From NCBI GenBank assembly GCA_024304995.1, contig JAMWZD010000001.1, positions 385,472 through 449,471 on the forward strand: a stretch of DNA of 64,000 nt, read 5' to 3'. This document shows, in pieces, positions 39,402-50,296 of this stretch. Made by a program: the position numbers and the translations under genes. The notes beneath the pieces were generated by a model that did not search any database, was not told where the DNA came from, and was given only the letters and a program-made list of their open reading frames with translations. Within the stretch, counting starts at the first letter, position 1. Each line of letters begins with the position of its first letter. The DNA is from Rickettsiales bacterium. Lineage in GTDB: Bacteria; Pseudomonadota; Alphaproteobacteria; Rickettsiales; UBA998.

Positions 39402-39518
39402 TGATAGCTTTTTTCGAGTGTTTAATCAACATTTCTTAAATTGTAGTGTAATTGTCATTTTACAGATTGGGCGTGAGTTGTTACATAGGGGCAATATTAT
39501 TTCACCTCGGAGCATCTC

Positions 39519-40454
39519 ATGAAAATCATCTCAGGCAATAGCAATCTTCCACTCGCGCAAGCTATGGCAGAACATCTTGGCATTGAATTAATGCAGGCGA
39601 ATATTCACCGTTTCCCTGATTCTGAAATTCGCATTGATGTGAAAGAAAATGTCCGTGGGGAGGATGTGTTTTTGGTGCAGTCCACCTCTAACCCATCGAA
39701 TGATCACATCATGGAACTGCTGATTATGCTGGATGCCATCAAACGCGCCTCAGCCCGTCGTGTGACAGTGGTGATTCCTTATTATGGCTATGCACGACAA
39801 GACCGCAAGCCAGGCCCCCGCACGCCGATTTCTGCAAAATTAGTGGCAAATTTGATTACCTCCGCCGGAGCAGACCGCGTATTGACGCTGGACTTGCACG
39901 CAGGGCAAATCCAAGGCTTTTTCGATATTCCACTGGATCATTTATATGCTGCACCCGTCATTGTGAATGATATTCGTGATAATTACGACACCTCCAACCT
40001 TATGGTCGTCTCTCCAGATGCAGGCGGCGTGGCACGCGCGCGCGCACTCGCAAAACGTATTGATGCGGACCTGGCGATTATTGACAAACGCCGCGAACGC
40101 GCCAGCGTGTCTGAAGTGATGAATGTGATTGGAAATGTTAAAGGGCGTGACTGCATCCTCTTTGATGATATTGTCGATTCTGGCGGCACGCTATGCAACG
40201 CTGCAAATGCATTAATTGAGCAAGGCGCAGCGAATGTATCCGCCTATATCACACATGGCGTGCTATCTGGCAAAGCAGTGGAGCTGGTCACCAATTCCAA
40301 ACTGAAAGAACTGGTTATTACGAACAGCATCAAGCCAACCGATGACGTAAAAAATGCGCACAATATCCGCGTTGTCTCCATCGCCAAATTGCTGGCAGAC
40401 GCCGTGCATCGCATCAGCGCGGAAACGTCTGTGTCTAGCTTATTTAATGATTAA
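39519..40454 (+). CDS. prs: Ribose-phosphate pyrophosphokinase
   Basis: [14 protein letters not shown]...[10 protein letters not shown]...[11 protein letters not shown]...[10 protein letters not shown] are the canonical Prs motifs. Confidence 0.95.
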   Translation: MKIISGNSNLPLAQAMAEHLGIELMQANIHRFPDSEIRIDVKENVRGEDVFLVQSTSNPSNDHIMELLIMLDAIKRASARRVTVVIPYYGYARQDRKPGPRTPISAKLVANLITSAGADRVLTLDLHAGQIQGFFDIPLDHLYAAPVIVNDIRDNYDTSNLMVVSPDAGGVARARALAKRIDADLAIIDKRRERASVSEVMNVIGNVKGRDCILFDDIVDSGGTLCNAANALIEQGAANVSAYITHGVLSGKAVELVTNSKLKELVITNSIKPTDDVKNAHNIRVVSIAKLLADAVHRISAETSVSSLFND

Positions 40455-41085
40455 GCAATGCGTTGCACTTGCAGTCATGTTCTTCATGGTTGCGTGCGCG
40501 CACAAGCCAGAACCATCTGCGAATCTCATTCAGCGTGATTGCAAGATTATTGCCCGCGCACCTTCTGCGGAAGCGGTGGATTTTAGCCAGCCTAATATGT
40601 GTTTGTCTTATATTTCTGGGTTGATAAGTGGTGAGCTGACTTCTTCAACCTATATTTGGGGATTTATCAGAAATATGGAAATGAATGGTGTCTATCAATA
40701 TGGTTCTGATACACCACATGATGAAAAGTTGGCGGAACATACAAAACTGTTCCTTTCTGATTTGGAGAAAGAAAAAAATGAACGATTTTGTATTGCTGGA
40801 GAGATTCGCACTATTATAGAAAATGCAGAGAACGCTGATGATAAATACATAGTATTTAAGGCTATAAGAATTATCTATTATCGGTTAGCTAAAGTATTAG
40901 CTTTAAGCTGGGAACTTGACAAAACACCACCTGACGGCGAAATCGATAATGAACATCTAAAATATTTCAGACACCACTTAGGCTATGCATTTACAAATAT
41001 TTACAATCACAGTATTTTCTGCAAAGCTCTAACTGGAGAATTAGAGCACAAATTTGAAGAAAATAGTGACCTGTTTAAGCACTAA
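40447..41085 (+). CDS. Putative lipoprotein, four-Cys family, paralogue 1
   Basis: ATG 40447 gives [17 protein letters not shown] (lipobox-like). Shares [39 protein letters not shown] with the next gene. Confidence 0.6.
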   Translation: MIKQCVALAVMFFMVACAHKPEPSANLIQRDCKIIARAPSAEAVDFSQPNMCLSYISGLISGELTSSTYIWGFIRNMEMNGVYQYGSDTPHDEKLAEHTKLFLSDLEKEKNERFCIAGEIRTIIENAENADDKYIVFKAIRIIYYRLAKVLALSWELDKTPPDGEIDNEHLKYFRHHLGYAFTNIYNHSIFCKALTGELEHKFEENSDLFKH

Positions 41086-41091
41086 ATAATC

Positions 41092-41697
41092 ATGAAACAT
41101 TTTATCACTCTTTTAGCCTGCACCATGTTGCTTTTCAGCAGCGCCTGCACACCAAAGCCAGAACCATCTGCAAATTTGATTCAACGTGATTGCAAGATTA
41201 TAGCCAGCGCACCTTCTGCGCAGGATGTGGATTTTAGTCAGCCTAATATGTGTTTTTCTTATATTTCGGGGCTGATTAGTGGGGCAGCAAACTCAGCATC
41301 TCGCATTGGTTCGTTTATGGCGTTCCCCTATCACCTGCCTGCAGACACATTTAATCCAGAGGACGGTTCAAGCATACCCCCTAGCAAAGATGTGGTTGAC
41401 GAGCATAACCGCATTTTAAATGATTTAGAAACAGTATTCGATGAAAGCTTTTGCATCGCCCGCTATTTTGAAAAAGAAACTGAAAATAAACTCGAATATA
41501 ATGGAGACATTCGTTTCCTCAGACCTATCTACTATAAGTTAGCTAAAGTTTTGACTGCAATAGGAGATACGTCATTGATTGCAGAAAACAACGGAACAAA
41601 AGATACACAAGATGATTATCTCAAACCACATGCAAATTTAATTTTTAATCATGCATATGATTATCACTCTATTTGCGAAGCACTAAACAAATCGTAA
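41092..41697 (+). CDS. Putative lipoprotein, four-Cys family, paralogue 2
   Basis: MKHFITLLACTMLLFSSAC lipobox. Cys positions (RDC, NMC, FCIA, SICEA) are conserved with paralogue 1. Confidence 0.65.
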   Translation: MKHFITLLACTMLLFSSACTPKPEPSANLIQRDCKIIASAPSAQDVDFSQPNMCFSYISGLISGAANSASRIGSFMAFPYHLPADTFNPEDGSSIPPSKDVVDEHNRILNDLETVFDESFCIARYFEKETENKLEYNGDIRFLRPIYYKLAKVLTAIGDTSLIAENNGTKDTQDDYLKPHANLIFNHAYDYHSICEALNKS

Positions 41698-41755
41698 TTA
41701 GACAAACTGTTCATTCATCCGCATGATTCCGCAAAACAACAAAACGGACAGCATT

Positions 41756-42580
41756 ATGAAAACACTCCTCACCGCTCTCACCTGCATTGCGCTTATAACT
41801 GGTGCAGCACAGGCGAATGATTTTCTGGCAGATGGTGAGCGTGAGCAGCGGGAAAAACCAAGTGGCGTGCATGGCTTTGTAGGCTTCGGCGCTGCCATGG
41901 TGAATGAATATGAAGGGTCTAAAGATTTTCAGACCATTCCGTTCATTGCAGGTCGCGTGATGCATGAACACCGATATATCGAAATGATTGGGCTGGGCAT
42001 CCGCGCTAATATTCTCAATGACGAACATCTACAATTTGGTCCTGTGCTGAATTTCCGTTTCGGGCGGGATGATGATATTGATAATGCAAACATCGCAGCC
42101 CTCGCAGAAGTGGATGACGCATTTGAAGCAGGCGCTTTCATGCGTTATGATTTCTCTCCACACTGGATGGGTGGGGATTCGCTCGGCTTTGAAGGGCGGT
42201 ATCTGGAAGATATTTCATCCGCGCATGATGGTTTTGTAGCAGATATTGGCATGAACTATAACGCCCCCCTCACCCGCCGCCTGCGCGCAGGGGTTGATAT
42301 TGGCACGTCATACGCCAACGATGATTATATGCAGACTTATTACAGCATCACGCCGCAAAATATTGGCAGCAGCAGCTTCTCTCAATTTGAAGCAGAAAGC
42401 GGCTTTAAAGATGCATCTATCGGGCTGAACGCGCAATATGCAATAAGCCCCAAATGGGGCATTTTCGGGCGCGGGTCTTATTCTCGCCTGCTGGGTGACG
42501 CCGCAGACACACCCATTGTGAGCGATGAAGGCAGCGCCAATCAGTTTTTGTTTGGCACGGGGATTTCATATCGGTTTTGA
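41756..42580 (+). CDS. MipA/OmpV family outer-membrane protein
   Basis: Signal peptide MKTLLTALTCIALITGAAQA, a beta-strand-rich body and a C-terminal ...GTGISYRF, typical of the MipA family. Confidence 0.65.
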   Translation: MKTLLTALTCIALITGAAQANDFLADGEREQREKPSGVHGFVGFGAAMVNEYEGSKDFQTIPFIAGRVMHEHRYIEMIGLGIRANILNDEHLQFGPVLNFRFGRDDDIDNANIAALAEVDDAFEAGAFMRYDFSPHWMGGDSLGFEGRYLEDISSAHDGFVADIGMNYNAPLTRRLRAGVDIGTSYANDDYMQTYYSITPQNIGSSSFSQFEAESGFKDASIGLNAQYAISPKWGIFGRGSYSRLLGDAADTPIVSDEGSANQFLFGTGISYRF

Positions 42581-42645
42581 CAAATTTTACCTGCGAAGCT
42601 AATATACTTTTAAGACCTTATTTACAGCCATGCGCTGATTATTGT

Positions 42646-42888
42646 ATGAAAGTATATTTTATTTCCGCAAAATGCCTTGAGGGTGAATGGTGGGAAGATT
42701 ATAAAAGATGCAGCAATTTATATTGCTCCAAATCCGAAGCCACAATCCTTTTGAATGGTTTTGAAAAAGATGCTCAAGTTAATGACACCAGCATGGTGTT
42801 TAAACTGGAAGAAGCAGAACTGGAAACTGGATTAGCATCATTGAAAAATAAACTGCTATTCAGATTCCTTAAATGGCTTCATCAATAA
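42646..42888 (+). CDS. Hypothetical small protein
   Basis: Internal ATG (MKVYFISAKCLEGEWW...), AT-rich, followed by a strong hairpin. No family recognised. Confidence 0.3.
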   Translation: MKVYFISAKCLEGEWWEDYKRCSNLYCSKSEATILLNGFEKDAQVNDTSMVFKLEEAELETGLASLKNKLLFRFLKWLHQ

Positions 42889-42896
42889 ACACTTTA

Positions 42897-42928
42897 AATA
42901 ACTGATGCCCAGCATCAGTTATTTTTTC
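42897..42928. terminator. Bidirectional terminator hairpin
   Basis: Perfect 12-bp stem aataactgatgc/gcatcagttatt (42898-42923) with a 3-nt loop, followed by a T-run. Lies between convergent ORFs. Confidence 0.6.
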
Positions 42929-43425
42929 TATCCCGCCTGTGCATAATCTGATGTTACAGAATTTTCTATCATAAACAGAAACTTCTCAATCGGATTCATG
43001 GCGTTATAATCTTCCTCGCGCTCTTCCTTCAAACGCTGCTCGGATGCACGTGCCATGATTCGCAATTCAGATTGCAATGCTGCTTCATCCAGCGTGGCAA
43101 GATGCAGTGAGTTAATTCTTTCATAGGCCGCACGCTCCTGCTCACTATAGTCCCCATCTTCATGACATAGCGCCAGCGCCAGATTCAGCAGATGCGCACG
43201 GTCATGCATATTAGTTATCTTGTCCCAGATTTCGCCAAGCTCGGTCTGCTCGTCAATATCGTCTAGCAATTGCAAACGCTGCTCTTCCGAAATGACCACA
43301 TTATGTCTGATAATGTCACGAAGGCGATCCTGCTCCTCTGCGTGGAGTCGTCCATCTTCCCATGCCAGTGCTATCGCCCCTCTGAGCATTGCCATATAAG
43401 ATGCAGTTGCTTGCGTCATAATCAT
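42928..43425 (-). CDS. TerB-like (tellurite-resistance TerB / DjlA N-terminal-like) domain protein
   Basis: 165 aa, helical. AMLRGAIALAWEDGRLHAEEQDRLRDII...ALALCHEDGDYSEQERAAYERI fits the TerB-fold repeat pattern. Assignment from memory. Confidence 0.5.
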   Translation of the reverse strand: MIMTQATASYMAMLRGAIALAWEDGRLHAEEQDRLRDIIRHNVVISEEQRLQLLDDIDEQTELGEIWDKITNMHDRAHLLNLALALCHEDGDYSEQERAAYERINSLHLATLDEAALQSELRIMARASEQRLKEEREEDYNAMNPIEKFLFMIENSVTSDYAQAG

Positions 43426-43541
43426 TCTCCTTAAGATGCTTAATAGTGCGTATTATGAAAAAATTGTAAAGTATTTTATGATATGCAGGAAGATATTTAC
43501 AGAAAATATGCATCTGGCACTGCTTTTGCATAATCACATGC

Positions 43542-44135
43542 ATGAGCATAGAACACGTTACACAACTAACCACACCTAAAGCGCACAACACGCAAAAGTC
43601 AGGGCTGAATATGTTCGGCGGCGATGGTGTTGGATTTGACGATCTCATTGATATGGTCAACCCGCTGCATCACATCCCCATTGTCGGGCAGGCATATCGC
43701 GCGGTAACGGGAGACACGATTTCCACAGGCGCTGCCATGATTGGCGGTGGCATTTTTGGTGGCATTGCTGGTGTCATCAGCAGTGGTGTAGGCGCATTGG
43801 TGGATGGCATTAATGGTGAATCCATCAGCACATCTGTTGCGCAGATCGTGACACAGAAAGAAACCAAAACAGCCTTTTTCGCGCCCGAAGCAGGAACAAA
43901 ACTTCAGGCAGATGAAGGACAGGCCTTGCTCGCACTATATGAAGATGGTGCATTTCAAACACCAAAACCGCAGCCAAAAGAAATCTCTGCCTCAACGCTC
44001 ACAAAGCTGAGTGCTTATGCCATTCACAAACAGGATGATGCAGCACGTCTTGACCCGCTGAATCTTGATAAAGGTGAAAAAACCAAGCATTTGCAGGCAG
44101 ACCTGCACAAAACCATGCTGGATACATTATCGTGA
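43542..44135 (+). CDS. Hypothetical protein with glycine-zipper segment
   Basis: 197 aa containing GAAMIGGGIFGGIAGVISSGVGALVDGI. No family recognised. Confidence 0.45.
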   Translation: MSIEHVTQLTTPKAHNTQKSGLNMFGGDGVGFDDLIDMVNPLHHIPIVGQAYRAVTGDTISTGAAMIGGGIFGGIAGVISSGVGALVDGINGESISTSVAQIVTQKETKTAFFAPEAGTKLQADEGQALLALYEDGAFQTPKPQPKEISASTLTKLSAYAIHKQDDAARLDPLNLDKGEKTKHLQADLHKTMLDTLS

Positions 44136-44762
44136 TTATTTTTCCAGCGTCAATTGCACTGGCGCTGGCGGAAGAACCTTCTCAACAGCTTTAATAACAC
44201 GTTCGGAGGTCGGGCTTGTGACGCTGGAAAACCAGTCAACCAGCTGCCCATCTGTATCTATCAGATATTTATGGAAGTTCCATTTTGGCGTGGAGCTGAA
44301 AGGCAATGTTTCATTGAGTTTTGCATAAAAGGGGTGGGCATTCTCACCCGTTACAGATACTTTTTGCATGATGGGAAAGGTGACATGGTAATTCGTTTCA
44401 CAAAAATGCTTGATTTCTTCATTATCAAGCGGTTCCTGCCCGCCAAAGTCATTTGATGGCACAGCAATGACCATTAATCCACGGTCTTTATAGGCATTAT
44501 AAAGCGTTTGCAACCCTTCATACTGGCTGGTGAACCCACATTGTGACGCAGTATTCACTAGCAATATTGCTTTTCCCTGATAATCTGACAAACGGATCTC
44601 CTCATCATCCACCGAAGTAAATGAAGCCACGCGGATGACATCACTAATCTGGTTTTTGCCCGATTCGTCAGATAACGCAGTGCCAGATCCTGTCAACAAA
44701 GCGACAAGCGCCACGAAAGGCTTAAGAAATATTTTGCGCGAAAAGTCAATACGTTTTTCCAT
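44136..44762 (-). CDS. gpx: Glutathione peroxidase (secreted/periplasmic form)
   Basis: Signal-like N-terminus. LLVNTASQCGFTSQY (active-site Cys), FPSNDFGGQEP and WNFHKYLI motifs. Confidence 0.9.
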   Translation of the reverse strand: MEKRIDFSRKIFLKPFVALVALLTGSGTALSDESGKNQISDVIRVASFTSVDDEEIRLSDYQGKAILLVNTASQCGFTSQYEGLQTLYNAYKDRGLMVIAVPSNDFGGQEPLDNEEIKHFCETNYHVTFPIMQKVSVTGENAHPFYAKLNETLPFSSTPKWNFHKYLIDTDGQLVDWFSSVTSPTSERVIKAVEKVLPPAPVQLTLEK

Positions 44763-44885
44763 AGTATCTTAATTTTACGCTATTGCACCATTTCAGCAAG
44801 TTAAAAGCGTGTCACGACAGATTTGTAACCCGCATAAAATAAGAAATTCTTGGTGATTGTGGCTTTGTGGATTATAGCTTAAAAC

Positions 44886-45485
44886 ATGTTTACAGGAATT
44901 ATTACAGATGTCGGTGAAGTGGTGCGCGTCGAAAAAAAGGAAAATGAGCGCCGTTTTGTTGTGCGCACACATTATGACACCAGCATGATTGATATTGGCG
45001 CATCTATTGCGCATGATGGGTGCTGCCTGACAGTTACCGATATTGATGAAGACACGTATGCCGTGGATGTCTCCCCGCACACATTGCAATTTACAACGCT
45101 CGGCAACTGGCAGGAAGGGCAGCGCGTAAATTTGGAACGGGCTTTGAAAGCGGGGGATGAACTGGGCGGACATATTGTCAGCGGCCATGTGGATGGTGTG
45201 GCAACTATTAACAGCATCACCCGCGAAGGTGACAGCGTGCATTACACTATTTCCTGCCCGGATGCTTTGAAAGCCTTCATTGCCGAGAAAGGTTCAGTAA
45301 CGCTGAATGGCACATCCCTCACCGTCACCTGGGTGAACAATGCGCAATTTGGATTAACGCTGATTCCGCATACGCTGGATGTAACCACATGGGGACAGGC
45401 AAAGGAAGGTGATACGCTGAATATTGAGATTGATATGCTGGCGCGTTATATGCAACGCATAATGGACGTGCAATCAGCACAATAA
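44886..45485 (+). CDS. ribE: Riboflavin synthase alpha chain
   Basis: MFTGIITDVGEV...GASIAHDGCCLTV...GGHIVSGHVDG...SLTV is the duplicated lumazine-binding repeat. Confidence 0.9.
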   Translation: MFTGIITDVGEVVRVEKKENERRFVVRTHYDTSMIDIGASIAHDGCCLTVTDIDEDTYAVDVSPHTLQFTTLGNWQEGQRVNLERALKAGDELGGHIVSGHVDGVATINSITREGDSVHYTISCPDALKAFIAEKGSVTLNGTSLTVTWVNNAQFGLTLIPHTLDVTTWGQAKEGDTLNIEIDMLARYMQRIMDVQSAQ

Positions 45486-45757
45486 ATTTTATTAACTTTT
45501 GTTAAATAAAACTATGCCATAATAAGTTTCTATTAACCTATCGGGGCATATTATGAGATTTTTGCACGCCTTTATTGAAATTCTGCGCAAGGAAGTGCGC
45601 GAAGCTGAAAAAGCAAACCGCATTAAAAAGGAGCAACAGCGCAAGCAGCCTGAACACGGTGACATGACTCACTGACAATAAGTTAAATCATCAACTGCTT
45701 CCATTATTTACAATTCGTCTATGCAGGGCTAGTATCACATAAAAAATGATACTTGCT

Positions 45758-46843
45758 ATGACAGACCAACTCGCCACTATTGAAACAATTTTAAAAGACG
45801 CCAAAGCAGGGCGCATGTTCATTCTGGTGGATGATGAAGACCGTGAAAATGAAGGCGATCTGGTTATTCCCGCTGAGTTTGCGGATGCGCAGGCCATTAA
45901 TTTTATGGCGACCTATGGGCGCGGACTTATTTGCCTGCCCATGCAATCTGCCCAGATTCGCAAAATCGGGCTGCCGCCGATGGCAAAACATAATAGTTCG
46001 CGTCATGAAACCGCTTTTACCGTTTCCATTGAAGCGCGTGAAGGCGTGACCACAGGCATTTCCGCCGCAGACCGCGCGCGCACGATTGAAGCGGCAATAA
46101 ATCCCGAAGTGAAAACAACAGACATCGCCACACCAGGGCATATTTTCCCGCTTGAAGCGCGGGATGGCGGCGTGCTGGTGCGTGCAGGGCATACGGAAGC
46201 CGCGGTGGATATTTCGCGTTTAGCAGGGCTGAACCCGTCTGGTGTAATTTGTGAAATTATGCGTGATGACGGTGAGATGGCTCGCCTGCCCGACCTGATT
46301 CCCTTTGCTAAAGAACACGGGCTGAACATTGCCAGCATTGCAGATTTGATTGCATATCGCCGCAAAAATGAAAAGCTAGTCTCCCGCACCCATAGCGCTC
46401 CGTTTGATTGTGCGTATGGTTCAGGATTTACACTACATCTCTATACGGGGCAGTTGCATTACGCAGAGCATATTGCGCTGGTGAAAGGGGATATTAATGC
46501 AGTGGATGCACCATTGGTGCGAATGCACGCGCTGGATGTATTGACAGATGTGTTGCAGGATGCAGCCAATCAGCGCAGCGGGCAATTGCAACGTGCCATA
46601 GAAAAAGTGAATGAAGCAGGCTGCGGCGTTATCGTCCTGCTCCGCGTTCCCCGCCCTGATGTGCTATCTGGCAAGCTGGCAGGGGATTATAAAAAAACCA
46701 ACGACCTGAAAGAATATGGCATCGGCGCACAGATTTTAAAAGACATTGGCGTGAAGCAGATGACCTTGCTGACGAACAACCCGAAACAGGTGGTTGGGCT
46801 GGATGGGTATGGGCTGGAAATTGTGGGGTATGAGGGGATTTAG
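45758..46843 (+). CDS. ribB: 3,4-dihydroxy-2-butanone-4-phosphate synthase fused to a degenerate GTP cyclohydrolase II-like domain
   Basis: N-terminal DHBPS motifs ([23 protein letters not shown]). The C-terminal half aligns to RibA, but RVHSEC / CDCG is replaced by RMHALD with no cysteines. Confidence 0.85.
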   Translation: MTDQLATIETILKDAKAGRMFILVDDEDRENEGDLVIPAEFADAQAINFMATYGRGLICLPMQSAQIRKIGLPPMAKHNSSRHETAFTVSIEAREGVTTGISAADRARTIEAAINPEVKTTDIATPGHIFPLEARDGGVLVRAGHTEAAVDISRLAGLNPSGVICEIMRDDGEMARLPDLIPFAKEHGLNIASIADLIAYRRKNEKLVSRTHSAPFDCAYGSGFTLHLYTGQLHYAEHIALVKGDINAVDAPLVRMHALDVLTDVLQDAANQRSGQLQRAIEKVNEAGCGVIVLLRVPRPDVLSGKLAGDYKKTNDLKEYGIGAQILKDIGVKQMTLLTNNPKQVVGLDGYGLEIVGYEGI

Positions 46844-46846
46844 AGT

Positions 46847-46875
46847 AAAAAAAACCAAAGCATCATGCTCTGGTT
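46847..46875 (-). terminator. Putative terminator of the 46877..47161 ORF
   Basis: On the minus strand, aaccagagcatgatgctttggtt followed by a T-run (the complement of the A-run at 46847-46854). Confidence 0.5.
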
Positions 46876-46876
46876 A

Positions 46877-47161
46877 TTAATCTAATGTTTCAAACTCTTC
46901 CCTTAATTCCTCAACAATTTTTGTTGAGAAATAACGCTTTGTTTCCTCAGATTTTCCAATTATTTTATTTGCCCACATAGCATCCAGTCCTACTTCAAAG
47001 TAGAGTCTTTTGAAATATGGGGCAGCTAAAATAGGTTCTTTTGACTGTATGGCAGATGCCATATATTCCCGAAAACATTTAGGGCGCGTTTTAAGGCAGC
47101 GAACTATTTTTTCTGTTATGGTGAGATATGTTTCCTTTGGTTTCCCAAATCCTTTACTCAT
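46877..47161 (-). CDS. Hypothetical small protein (AT-rich ORFan)
   Basis: 94-aa ORF between ribB and eno with its own hairpin/T-run. No family recognised. Confidence 0.4.
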   Translation of the reverse strand: MSKGFGKPKETYLTITEKIVRCLKTRPKCFREYMASAIQSKEPILAAPYFKRLYFEVGLDAMWANKIIGKSEETKRYFSTKIVEELREEFETLD

Positions 47162-47236
47162 AATAAGATAAACCGCATGGGTTTAAAAAGAACGACTATA
47201 TCTCTATAGCCGTTCATTCTCATCTGGTAAAGTCAT

Positions 47237-48532
<1,296 letters not shown>

Positions 48533-48552
48533 TTAGGGTCACATGAGCAATC

Positions 48553-48632
48553 GTCATACTGAGCGCAGCGAAGTATCCAGAGCGGCTTGCGCCTGACGGA
48601 GAGATGGATTCTTCACATTCGTTCAGAATGAC
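48553..48632. repeat. Palindromic REPIN/MITE-like element, copy E (intact, 80 bp)
   Basis: Left arm gtcatactgagcgcagcgaagtatcc (48553-48578); right arm ggattcttcacattcgttcagaatgac (48606-48632). Confidence 0.85.
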
Positions 48633-48684
48633 GACTATTTTTACTTTAGTCGTGACCTGTTTCTATGTGTAGCGGATTTTGCGC

Positions 48685-48704
48685 ATCATGCAAGGATAGA
48701 CTTG
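48685..48704 (+). repeat. 20-bp direct repeat, left copy, bracketing the AIPR-like islet
   Basis: atcatgcaaggatagacttg is identical to 50258-50277. Confidence 0.8.
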
Positions 48705-48904
48705 TGCATTACACTGAATCAAAAATATTGTTTGACATTAAGGCTAAATTTCGTTCTACTGTTTATAGAGACATGGATTTGTTTCTGTAAATTTAAAACC
48801 TAGGAACTGGTTTTGGGATATGTTTGGCTGGATAGCTTATTATGTTTACAAGGGTTTTCCCTTTCCAAATCTGGTTCTCCAAAAATTAAAATGGAGAATT
48901 TCAA

Positions 48905-50215
48905 ATGAAATCACAAAAAATTATTATTCGGTTTGATCAGGTTTGCGATCAGAACAACGGCGTAATCAAGCGCTACATCGGATTTGTGCAAGCTAAATAC
49001 TTAATAGACTTAATAGAGATAGCTAATCTTGATGCTAACCCTAGATCATCAAAAGTTGGTTCTGTAACTGATGATATTATTGAGAGCATAGAAAAAACTA
49101 CTGATATTTTCCCCTTCAAAACTAAAGGTATATTAGTGTCTGTTTCAAAGCCTCCAAAAGAGCTAGAGCGAAAACGGTTTGAATTTGAGTTTGAAGATAA
49201 TCAATTTGATGGCATATTAGATGGTGGACATAATACTTTAGCCATCGCTATTTATATATTGTATAAAGCTGTCGAGGATCATAAAGCGATTAGAAAAATC
49301 AAAAGATGGCAAGATTTAGAAGAACGATGGATTGATTATAAAGATGAAGTTCAAAAAATTAAAGATACTTTAGATTTTCTTGTACCTATTGAAATATTAG
49401 TTCCAAATGACCAAACAGAAGAAGTGGTAGAACAATTTAAAAAGTCGATATTAGATATATGTGCGGCGCGTAATAATAATGTCCAACTAACAGTTGATAC
49501 GAAAGCCAATGCAGCAGGACATTATGAAATAATAAAAGATGTTGTTGATCCCACACTAGAAAAAGAAATTATTTGGAAAACCAATACGGAAGGACGTATT
49601 CCTGTAAGAGATTTGGTTGCTTTAACCTGGGTGCCATTACTGGAGTTAGAGTTGGAAGGCAAAGTTCCGACCATATCACCAGTTCAACTTTACAGTTCAA
49701 AAGCAAAATGCATGCAAAATTTTGTAAAGCTAATGGAGAGCCCGGATGTTTCAACCGAAAAAGAAGGTAGATATACGTTGAAAAATAGTCAAGTTGAGAG
49801 TGCTTTAAAAATGTTGGAGGACATGCCAAAACTGTATGACTTAATATACGAACTATTTCCAGGCGCTTATAATAAGCATGGAGGAAAGTTTGGACGTATA
49901 AATGCTGTTAAAGAAAAGCAAAAAAGTCAGCCAAAAACACCTTTCTATTACAGAGAAGTTGATATGAGCGTTCCAGAAGGTTTTATTGTACCACTAATTT
50001 ATGGTACATCAGCTCTGATTACTTCAAAAAACGGACGGCTCGCTTGGAAAGAAGATCCTGAAAAATTTATAAGAAAAAACATTAGTAATATAATTGCTAA
50101 TTATAAAACATTACTAGAGGCATTTAATTTTGATCCTCAAAAAGTAGGAAAAAATAGTGGCTCTTATACTTTAGCAAAACAGCAATTTGAGTTTTGCTTA
50201 TTACAAAATCAGTAA
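48905..50215 (+). CDS. AIPR-like (abortive infection phage resistance) protein
   Basis: 436 aa. LDANPRSSKVGSVTDDIIESIEKTTDIFPFKTKGILVSV followed by ILDGGHNTLAI matches my recollection of the AIPR pattern (NxR...I..T...F...NNGIT...NGxQT). GGAG lies 8 nt upstream of the ATG. Very AT-rich. Confidence 0.55.
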   Translation: MKSQKIIIRFDQVCDQNNGVIKRYIGFVQAKYLIDLIEIANLDANPRSSKVGSVTDDIIESIEKTTDIFPFKTKGILVSVSKPPKELERKRFEFEFEDNQFDGILDGGHNTLAIAIYILYKAVEDHKAIRKIKRWQDLEERWIDYKDEVQKIKDTLDFLVPIEILVPNDQTEEVVEQFKKSILDICAARNNNVQLTVDTKANAAGHYEIIKDVVDPTLEKEIIWKTNTEGRIPVRDLVALTWVPLLELELEGKVPTISPVQLYSSKAKCMQNFVKLMESPDVSTEKEGRYTLKNSQVESALKMLEDMPKLYDLIYELFPGAYNKHGGKFGRINAVKEKQKSQPKTPFYYREVDMSVPEGFIVPLIYGTSALITSKNGRLAWKEDPEKFIRKNISNIIANYKTLLEAFNFDPQKVGKNSGSYTLAKQQFEFCLLQNQ

Positions 50216-50230
50216 CAGCTTGAAAATAAT

Positions 50231-50259
50231 AAAGGGCAGGGCAAAAACCTGCCCTTTAT
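50231..50259 (+). terminator. Terminator hairpin after the AIPR-like gene
   Basis: Perfect 10-bp stem aaagggcagg/cctgcccttt (50231-50257) with loop gcaaaaa and a weak U-tail. Abuts the right direct repeat. Confidence 0.5.
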
Positions 50260-50277
50260 CATGCAAGGATAGACTTG
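50258..50277 (+). repeat. 20-bp direct repeat, right copy
   Basis: atcatgcaaggatagacttg is identical to 48685-48704. Confidence 0.8.
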
Positions 50278-50296
50278 CACCAAATTTCAGATTACG

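Noticed and set aside
44793-45242. 149-aa minus-strand ORF
   Set aside because: Antisense to ribE, whose identity is unambiguous.
45486-45757. Possible FMN riboswitch or leader between ribE and ribB, and a 40-aa ORF at 45553-45675 (MRFLHAFIEILRKEVREAEKANRIKKEQQRKQPEHGDMTH)
   Set aside because: I could not find the conserved FMN-element core sequences. The small ORF has no clear Shine-Dalgarno sequence or family. The evidence is insufficient either way.
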